DNA from: Epiperipatus broadwayi | Taxonomy: Eukaryota > Animalia > Onychophora | Reading direction: 5' to 3' | NCBI GenBank assembly: GCA_028023455.1 | Contig: JAQFVV010000001.1 | Coordinates: 310,001 to 374,000 of the forward strand | DNA length: 64,000 bases | The notes under the pieces: generated by a model | Database searches by the model: none | What the model was told of the DNA's origin: nothing | Seen by the model: only the letters and a program-made list of their open reading frames with translations | Program-made: the position numbers and the translations under genes | Part shown: positions 54,561 to 64,000 of the stretch, piece after piece | How the letters are laid out: each line of letters starts with the position of its first letter | Numbering within the stretch: position 1 is the first letter of the stretch

Positions 54561-55773
54561 AAAGTATATCATAATTTGGAATATTTGCATAATTTAGTAA
54601 GCCAATAAAGAGTTTGATAAAACAGCCCTCCCTTTTTCCAACTATATATTTGTAAACTTCAACTAAATAATTCAAAACAATAAATATAAGTGTAAAAGTA
54701 CGTGTCAAGATTCATTTTTATTTTTTGTTGGAAAACTAGTATTAGTTTTCACACATAAAAAAAAATTTAGATTAATATTTAATGGATTTATTGTTATTTT
54801 AAAATGCTTTAAGAAATATATATTTTAGCCCTGAGCATAATGCTTAAATGCCCATATGTTCATTTATTTGAGACAAAAGAAAATCTCGATTTGATTTTTG
54901 GATAAAAATTGATTATTGGACTTTTCACATTCATATGTACTTTTGTAATACTCATTTAAAATTTCTTCATAGACTTCTAGTGGGTGAAACAAAAAAAAAT
55001 CTGAACATTAAGCTATGTAATGTTGTGGCCTTTTATATTAAAGAAAAATAAATTTATTACTTGCAAATAAGTTTAAGATAAAATAAAGCATTTCCCAAAT
55101 ATTTAAAAATATTATTTTTAATTAGTAATACAGTAAAAATTAACAGCTATAATCAAAACAAACAAAAACTCTTTGGTGTGGTTTAATAAATATCTAATGA
55201 AATATTACATGAAATAAATATGAGATAATGAAAAATACAAAGATGAAAATTTAAAGCTGCAATAAAATGGGGATAACAATAATTCAATGATTTTAACAGA
55301 ATTAAGACAGATTTAGACAAATAACACAATATTTATAAATCATCATCATAAATAATATTTTTAATGAAAACATAGTAGCTTTAATTTTACTTATATTAAA
55401 AATATGTAATAATAATTTCATAATACACAATCGGCATTAATCAATATAGACATTATGATGCAGAATTGAGACAAATCAAGGATAAATTATCAATAATCTC
55501 ATATAGATTATAGGATAAAACTTAATGACTAATTTAAAAATATCATTAAAAAAGATTACTAATATAAATCTAAAACTGCATTTTTTTAAAAAAAAACCCT
55601 ACATGTGAAAATTTAATAAAATTTTAAAATCCCATCAACTTTTAATTATTTAATAGCTGTATTTTAAATAAGTAAAAATATAATCAAAAAGATGTATTAA
55701 GTTTAAAATCACAAATTATAATTCACATAAAACTGTTTCAAAATCTCTAGTCTTGACAATATACATAGAAGTA

Positions 55774-56009
55774 ACATCACATGATCACAATCTCTTATGC
55801 TAGCACATAACTGTTATTAAACAGGCAAAAACTCTCCATACAGTAATATCCAAGGCTCCTCATTAACGAAGGCCACAATCAGAAACTAGTCTGGGGTTAT
55901 TGGATGAATAGGCATTAGATGGGGATTTTATGCACAAGCCTTCTGGCATCCATTGATTACTCTGGTTGACACAGAGTGGCACTACTGTATGGAGAGTTTT
56001 GCCTGTTTA
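55774..56009 (+). mobile_element. HHR family 1 element, short inverted pair
   Basis: Inverted tail plus a sense copy starting at the HHR stem I. Core TTAACGA (mutated), GAAACTAGTCTGGGG intact. 13-bp TSD ATACATAGAAGTA (55761-55773, 56010-56022). Confidence 0.85.
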
Positions 56010-57067
56010 ATACATAGAAGTACTCTTTAAAATGTACTTTGATGTAATAGTGATATCAAGCATGAAAATGTAAGATCAATCTTTTCTTCTATAAATAAAC
56101 TATTGAAAAAATATCACTGTTCTATAAAAAATATATATATTCTATCTTTCAAAAACTATAAAGATAGGTGACAATGTTTTCTTGATCTATAAATATTAAT
56201 AAGAGAATCATCTGTTTTATAAAAAAAAAAAAATCAATAAAGAAATGATATAATTTTTTTAAAAAATAATCAGAGAAAATATACATTTAAATATAATAAT
56301 CATATAAATCAATAAGGTAATAACCACAAAATTCTAAAGGAAATCCCTCAACTTTATCCAAAAAATCGAAGAAAGTAAGAGGAGTTGTAAATGAATATTA
56401 AAAAAATAATAATAATAGGGAAAATAGAGGAAAGATATAGATTGCAAAGAAATATTGTGCTTTAAATGGATTAAAAAATGAGAGAGGAAATATAGGGTAC
56501 AGTAGTACTATTAGAATTTTGTTTTTTATTTTACTCGAGTTTAGAATACATACAATTTAAATATAAAAAAAATAGATGCAGCAACCCCCTCCCTTTTATT
56601 TAATTGTTTTACGAACAACTTTTAATTTCATAGAAAGTTTTGTTTATTTTTAATTGTAAAGTAAAGAATTGTTGATAAATTTAATAATATTTATTGTCAA
56701 AAATATTTGATTTTCATCAGCAGTTTGTTTTCTGACTTTATTTAACAGTAGTATTTAGAGTTTATTTTACTTCAAGTTTTGCGTATAAATACTTTTTTTT
56801 TAATGCACTGAAATTATTTTTTGTTTAGTTATCCAAAATACATACATCTGGAAGATCAATTTCTACTCTTATTAAATTTTCAATATATTTGCATATTTGT
56901 AAAAAAAAAAATGTTTTCTTTCATCTATAAAAATGAAACATTCTGCATATACACTTAAAATACATTCCAAGAATATTTATATAAAAAATAGCACAATCTC
57001 TTCCAAAGTTCTGACCTGGGATTCAAAGCCGATCCTGGTAAAAAAAAAATTTAAGACTACATGAAGA

Positions 57068-57271
57068 CTTATGATTTTTCTATTAGATAACTAATATGTA
57101 TGACCCCTACAACACACTATTTAATTATCTGTTAGTAAATGGATATCTTATGATTTTTCTATTAGATAACTAACATGTATAACCTGGATATCTTATGATT
57201 TTTCTATTAGATAACTAACATGTATAACCCCTACAACACACTATTTAATTATCTGTTAGTAAATGGATATC
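57068..57271. repeat. Short complex tandem duplication (two units of about 80 bp with a partial unit between)
   Basis: CTTATGATTTTTCTATTAGATAACTAA occurs three times; CCCTACAACACACTATTTAATTATCTGTTAGTAAATGGATATCT twice. Confidence 0.9.
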
Positions 57272-57699
57272 TAGTTATTCTTAGCTGGAGGATAAAACAA
57301 AAAACGAAAACTGTGGCAGCTGGCTAGTCTTGCAGTGCCTTCTCCTTCATTCTTTCTTTCTCTTTGAAGAACTTTTTAAAATTGTTTTACCTTACCTACA
57401 TAGCCATCATCATCATTAGTACTATTTATAAATATAGAATTCTAACTCAAAAAAAAAAAAAAGATTGGTCAGAATTGTTATAAATGTAATTAAAGGACAA
57501 AAATTTAATTGCACAAACACACAATCTTATTGTCATATTTAATGCAGAAAATAATCAATGTCATAAAAGACAACAGTGAGGGTTACTGATTCAGAACAAT
57601 AAGATAACTTTCATATTCATTCACTAGTCTTAAAAAAAATAAATGAATAAAATAGAATATTTTTACAATGGATATCAAAAAAATGTATCCTAGTATTCA

Positions 57700-58700
57700 A
57701 GAATTAAAAGTATAAAGATATTAATACAGAAATTATTTATGTACATTACTGATATAATAAATATTATAGATGAAGATTTAACATTAATACATAATAGTTA
57801 TATTTTAAATACAATAATGAATATTGGATTATAAAATAAAGGATGGGTAATGGGTTGTCCAATTAGTAGGTTAATGTCACCAATATTTTTTAATGAATTG
57901 GAAATTAAACTAATTAAAAAAAAAAAAATCAAGAAATAATAATTCTAGATATATTAATGATATTCTAATAATAATATATATAATACAAAATTTGCAAAAA
58001 TAGAATTTGATGTTAAAATAAAGTATTTAGATATAGGTAACGATAACAAAATTATATTAAAACATTTCATTAAAGAAAATAAAGTAAAAAAGATAATTTC
58101 TGTAGACTCACAACAAGCATGGATACAAAAGGTGACAATTATTAAAAATTTTAAATGTAACAATAATAGATATAATACAGACAAAAATATAGCTTTTTTA
58201 CAATAAGGAACAATTTATTGAATTATACACTACTTTTTAATTATAAACTATCTAATTTAAATATTAATAATAATTCTATTTAAAATAATAATGAGAGCTC
58301 TAAGAATAATAAAAAATGAATAAAACTTTCACATTTCCTTAAAATTTATTATACATGATTAAAAAATAAAAATTATACGGATAAAAACATTAATATAAAG
58401 TAGTCAAAATCTTGACAAATTATTAGATAATTATAAAATAAAAAATGATATAAAATATAAAAAAGGAATTTCATATAAAATTATTTGTGGAAATAGCAGT
58501 ATGGTTTACTATGGATATACAGGGAAACAATGAGATGAAAGAGCAAAAGAACGTAATAATGCAATTAGAAAATGATAAACCTGCCTTATATATTCATTAT
58601 TTAAAATATAGACATAAAATACATTGTGTAAAAAATATAAAACATTTAAGCTATATTTAAAAAACCTAATAGAAGATATATGAAACCAATTACATTAATT
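57700..58700 (+). mobile_element. Decayed Penelope-like element (RT plus GIY-YIG)
   Basis: YFKYNNEY...MGCPIS, RYINDIL (YxDD-like) and a YKIICGN..YYGYTGK GIY-YIG remnant. Confidence 0.6.
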
Positions 58701-58812
58701 AGAATAAACATAACAATTGTATGAATTATGAATATATATATATATAACAATAAATTTAACTAATACTTGGCTAATGATAAATGAATGGAAAATTATATAA
58801 TATACATTTATA

Positions 58813-59395
58813 CAGGGGTTTATTGCAGGTGTTGGAATCTTTTTCTGTCAAGGGTCATTTGAATATTTATAATATATATTGGTCATAAAAAATTATCAAT
58901 TTAAAAATCAGCCTGCTATATTTGGATCAAATATTTAATTAATTTATCTTTAACCATTAGGATGGTGACAATCTTTTCAGCTGGCAGGCCAATTTCAATT
59001 AGCCTTTTATAAATGAGGCCATAATTTTTTTGTGAATTAAAAGTAAAGTAAACCATTATTATTAACAACTTTTTACATTTAATGATAATTTTTTCAATTT
59101 CCCTTGTAACTATTCTTTGTGACATATTTATATCCTCACATTTCTTTTATATTCTGGACACATTAATTCTACAAAAGCTAGAATGCAGTGATTTATAAAC
59201 TTCCCTTCAGAAAATGGTTTCAAAGTTTCCGCTTTTAATAAAAAAATAATATAATTCACTTTCACAGAATTTTCTGACTTAGTTGGATTTTTTATCAGAC
59301 ATGTTTGCTACTTGATGATGTTCTTTTTCAAGTTTTCTATTTTAATATTTCTTTCCCAACAATTTTGTTATAATCAAAATGTTTTGATAAATAGT
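58813..59395 (-). pseudogene. hAT (GTF2IRD2/SPIN-like) transposase N-terminal relic
   Basis: Minus strand ..KPFSEGKFI..C....MCPE.....NMSQRIVTREIEKI; CAGGGGT hAT-like terminus at 58813. Confidence 0.65.
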
Positions 59396-59535
59396 GTTCT
59401 TTATTGTATTTTTATATTGGACTATTTCCATCATCTAATATGTGTATTGAATGTCTTTAGAAAAATTTAACTTTATTTAAATATTCCAAATACATTCAAC
59501 TGTTAGTAATAGCACATCAAATAGGTTAGTATATG

Positions 59536-59578
59536 CACAATGTTTTGAGAGGTATTATTCTCCCCTCTTCTTCAAGTG
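59536..59578 (-). ncRNA. Degenerate minimal hammerhead (family 4) in the PLE terminal repeat
   Basis: CAC-TTGAAGA-A-GAGGGG-AGAATAATA-CCTCTC-AAAAC-ATT-GTG. Comparison with the copies near 60200 and 38500 reconstructs CAC-CTGAAGA...GAAAC-GTT-GTG. Confidence 0.55.
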
Positions 59579-59595
59579 TTGCTGGCTTGACCAGT

Positions 59596-59686
59596 GACAG
59601 TACCAGTATGGGATTCAAACCTGGATCCTTAGATTCTTGAGTATTGAATTTTAAGGTAACGCTCTAACCAACTGAGCCATCCTGCC
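59596..59686 (-). promoter_or_regulatory. tRNA-like Pol III module inside the PLE 3' region
   Basis: GGCAGGATGGCTCAGTTGGTTAGAGCG (A box) and GGTTTGAATCCC (B box); a homologous decayed module lies at about 38555-38645. Confidence 0.65.
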
Positions 59687-62600
59687 AAAGACAACATTCT
59701 ATAGTAATCTCATATACTTATCTATGAGGTTCCTCCTGATTTCTCTATTTTTTCCTATGAGCAAAGTTGATTAGTGGTTTCCATGCATTATGTATAGTCA
59801 CACTAGGTTGGCTTATGGGATTTTTTGCCATTGTCATGTGAACAGAGCCATACCACCCTACAAGGAATTCTAATATATACAAAGCCTAAACTTGAAATGC
59901 TGAAAAGAAAAAACTTCATCTATGAAATACCATGTGAATGTGGAAGAACATATATTGGTGAGACAAGTTGTCCCATTGAAAAGCACTTTCAAAAACACAA
60001 ACTGATGATTAGAAGAGAGAAATTATGTGTCTAAGGTAGCAGATCGTGTATGTGCCAATGAACATATGTTCAATTGAGAAAATATAAAAATATTGGATAG
60101 AGAAGAAAAGGAACAAAGAAAAAAATTTAAAGAAGCTGCTCACATGACAATGGCCAAAAATCCCATAAGCCAACCTACTGTGACTATACAGAATTATACC
60201 TCTCAAAATGTTATGCATATACTAATCTGTTTGATGTGCTACTACTAACAGTTGAATGTATTTGGAATATTTAAATAAAGTTAATTTTTTTTAAAGACAT
60301 TCAATGCACATATTAGATGATGGAAATAGTCCAATATAAAAATACTAGAACACCATCATCACAAATATCAGGTACATCATTTTACTATTTCTATAAAAAA
60401 AAATATTCGCAGACCCATTTCTATTGAAATATGCAATTTTTATTTTATTTTACTTAGTATAGCCATCATAATTAAAAAAAAAGGGGGAAATAATAATAGT
60501 AAAATGAAGTAAAATTCTAATTTTATTTTTGAAAATCACTATAAAAACAAACAAAATGCCTTCAGCATCATAGATTAAATTTGTAGTCAGATAGATCACA
60601 CAATCTGATAGAATGAACTAGAACTATTAAGTTGAATATAGTTGAGAAAATATTTCATTTTATTTAACTTTTAATTCAATATTTGAATAACATGCATGTT
60701 TAAATAGAAGCTTTTTACAGAACCATTTTATATATGTTTATAAAAATGTACAGGGGGGGGGGGCATATTGAGAGCTTTTGAGGGCAGGAGATTCCCACCC
60801 CTGTATTATTATTATTATAGGATCTAGTTAACTTTATATAAAAGAAATAAATGTCGCTATGTATGCAATATAGATTGTAATTGTAAAATAGTTCCAACAC
60901 ATTGAAAAGGGTAAAAATCAATATTTGCCTAAAAGAGCTTTTTTGTATTATTATTGTTTATATATATATAATTATTGCTGTTACATAAAGATATTTTATT
61001 TTATATTATATCTTTTATGATTTATTTTTAAAAAAGAACTACATATAATCAATTTAAATTTTGTAATAAAAATAATGAAGAATAAATTGTCAATATCATT
61101 CAATTAACCTAATTCTCTAATTCTAATAAGTATTACATAATAATCCAAACTCACAATTAAACAAAACTGAATGTGTGTAATATTTGAGTTAATTTTTTTT
61201 TTTTAATTTTCTTCCAAAATAAATCACATTACAAAGCCCTACTATCTATTTTGTAGCATTTATAATTATTACTTTATATATTTTATTCTTGATAATAAAT
61301 ATAATTTATTAAAATTAAGAATTTAGATATTCTCTTTTACTGAATTTTAACACCTTAAATCTTGTCATTATCTTAAGTATATATTGTTTGAAGAACTTAA
61401 CATGTATAGATAATTTAAATGAGAAATGCCTCTATACTTATCATCCTCATCATTTATCATCTTTGAAACTGGGCTTTCTTTTCAATCTTTTTCTATGCAA
61501 TTAATACTTATAAATTTATCTTTATCCCATTTCACTGTGATGATGTATATAATAATAAATAAATAAAAATTATCAAATTTTTGCTTCCCATTTTTTTGTT
61601 TTTATTATTAAATTATCTTCATTCATTATTAAATAATGATTGAACTTTTTTTATTTTTTAAATCATCTTCAGGTTTTATAATACAATATCTGTAAAACAT
61701 ATGTGCATTTGACACAATATGTCCAAATACACATTAACTATTTAAGTATACTATATAAATATATACTTTTCTTGACAGTTTCTGCGATTATCTACCTCAT
61801 ATACATATACAACATTTGAATTATCAATATATATATATATATATAATTTGATTAAATATAAATACCAAAAAAACTAAACATTAATTAATAGGATAAAAAA
61901 AATATTTCAGTGATAAATCAGAGATAAAAAAGTATATTAAATATATATGCAATATACATTAATAATGTACAAGTTATAAACTAAAAATTTCAGAACATAA
62001 AACTTTGAAAATAATATAATTATTGATTGCTTACTGTTTTTAATTTTCATTTTAAAATACTATTAAGATAACTTCAAAAATATGGGTAGGGAAAAATACA
62101 GACTTAATAAAGTTTTTTTTAAAAAAAGCAGAATTAAAAGTTCAAAACCAAAATATTTCATATCAAAATAATGATGAAAAAGGCAATTTTGACTTTTCTT
62201 GGCAAATGACAATAAAAAAATCTATAGAATTAAGATTACAAGTTTTACAGTAAGGTAAGACAATTATTGTATGACTTATAATCTTTATGTTTTTATTAAA
62301 AGAACATTGCATAAAATATATTGGAAATTCTATATAACTCTAGAAATATATAATCAGCAATAAATAGAATTAAGTTTACTTATTTAATGGGACTTTTATA
62401 TTTTTATCCCAAGATTAATTAAAAACTTATCTAGACAGCAGCAATCCACTTTACATATCCTATATATGAATTAAAGTATGGATTATTAATGAATATCAGA
62501 CAATAGTATCAGATTGATTTTTATACAGACTAGTTTTTATCACTCCTAATAAATAGCATACATAACTTTGTATGATGATCATCCAAGTGCCATCTTTTAT

Positions 62601-63120
62601 TTTCATTAAATTAATGATTGGATTTTCAAAAACACTCTTAGGTTTTCAAATCATACACTTGTCCAAGAAATTACATGGCATTATACTAAGTCAATAAATA
62701 TGCATTTCAGAAATCCAAATTATGAGATATTCTTGACTTTTAATTACAAAGAATCTGATTTGCTTCATTTAGTAGAAGAAAATAGTGCTTGTATCTGATA
62801 AATCATATTTCAGTATTAAGACTAAAATTGTTTTTGTATTTTTAAAATGGGTTCAAACACTGTTTTCAATGTAACTAGTAAAGTTGTACCAATATAATTA
62901 TATATTAGTTTAATTTTTGATAAGACTAATATCAAATTAATACAGTATATGTATTTAATTAGGTTGAATTAATTATGTTCAAATGGGTAACATCCTTTCA
63001 TTAAAAATTAAATTTATTTTTCCATCTAAACATATATATATATTTCATTGCAATATGCCCTTTAATGGTCAAAGTTTATGTGAATTGTGATGCAGATGTA
63101 AATTAATATATATGTATCAC

Positions 63121-63453
63121 TATAATATAGAGATATTTTATCTTAGGATTTTCAGTTTATATTCATCCTCCACTCTATCTCAAATAGCTGATACACATGA
63201 CAACACACATAAAAAAGACAAATGATCCCCAATATATATATTTCATACAAAATCAGAACCCATCAGTTGGACCAGATGAGTTCTGGTTCTGCATGAAATA
63301 CATAGAGATCTTTTATATTTTTCACATGTGTGTGGTCATGGGTATTGGTTATTTAAGATGGAGTGGATGATGACTATAAACTGAAAATCCTAAGTTCAAA
63401 TACCTCTATTTACATAGCAAACATTCAGTATACTGAATGAATAGGTTAATTAT
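63121..63453. mobile_element. HHR family 2 element, divergent inverted pair
   Basis: About 145-bp arms meeting at 63270/63271, each starting at a degenerate HHR and ending in a tRNA-like module. 13-bp TSD with one mismatch ATATATGT(A/T)TCAC (63108-63120, 63454-63466). Confidence 0.7.
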
Positions 63454-64000
63454 ATATATGTTTCACATTTTATGTACAGATATTTACAACATGGAAATGA
63501 TAATGTGTACCAGCAATGTATTCTTATATATGACTAAATATGAGATCATTATCTCAACCATTAAGTGATGACTCTTTCCCCCTCCAGAAGATGAAAATCT
63601 ACTGCTTAGAAATTAATAGACTGGACTAGAAGCTTTTTGTCCAGAAAAATATACTATCTATTATTCATGCTGTGGACAGCAAAGTAAAAACACTTCAGAT
63701 TTCATTATCAGAAAATATACTGCAAAGTCTGCCACTGAAAATAATCCTTTAAATGATCATTTGATTTTAATTCATTTTCACAGGAATGAAAAAGAAATTG
63801 AAAATTTTTATCAATTTTAGTTTACCATTGGTTATTGCAACAGTCATTCAAGCCCTTCCCGTTGCACATTTTAGTTTAACCACCAAACCTATCTGTGCTG
63901 GGTTCAAACCCTATTAAAATGAATATTTTAATAAATAAACATATAAACCTTTCTATTATGGCTGGGTGTGCAGCATTATATATGCACATATGAATAAATG

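Larger units (their letters stand above)
59394..60352. mobile_element. Penelope-like element as a divergent inverted pair (5'-truncated)
   Basis: Plus arm encodes GIY-YIG IYEIPCECGRTYIGETS...KEAAHMTMAKNPISQP (about 59890-60190). The left arm (59394-59840) is the reverse complement of the 3' end. Confidence 0.85.

Noticed and set aside
57390-57425. Minus-strand STNDDDGYV|GTAAG as a SAP30L exon
   Set aside because: No acceptor or conserved upstream residues found.
59596-59686. Functional tRNA gene
   Set aside because: The anticodon arm and acceptor stem do not fold, and the sequence is embedded in a repeated PLE end.
60749-60805. TACAGGGG...CCCCTGTA mini inverted repeat
   Set aside because: Only about 8 bp of symmetry around a G-run; too short to call an element.
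2103-60921. Short ORFs in the supplied six-frame track as host genes
   Set aside because: Low-complexity F/I/L/K/N/Y-rich translations typical of AT-rich non-coding DNA; only those overlapping hAT and PLE relics have recognisable motifs.

Overview
Very AT-rich eukaryotic (probably invertebrate/arthropod) genomic DNA with large introns; none of the supplied six-frame ORFs is a host gene. Two convergent host genes are recognisable from short exons. On +, the last two coding exons of a glutaredoxin-domain cysteine-rich protein (GRXCR1/CG31559-like; 21391-21456, 30975-31163). On -, the last two coding exons of SAP30/SAP30L (47086-46988, 40951-40826). Upstream exons of both genes were not found. 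The rest is a transposon graveyard: hAT relics and MITEs, a pogo/Tc1-type MITE, a Mutator-like element carrying a higher-order minisatellite, RTE-like LINE and Penelope-like (PLE) relics, short tRNA-derived SINEs and a possible solo LTR. The most striking hidden structure is four distinct families of type I hammerhead ribozyme (HHR) motifs. They sit in small elements built as divergent inverted pairs with 13-15 bp target-site duplications, and two families are physically coupled to tRNA-like Pol III promoter modules. All structures were read and folded by eye; no database search or folding program was run.
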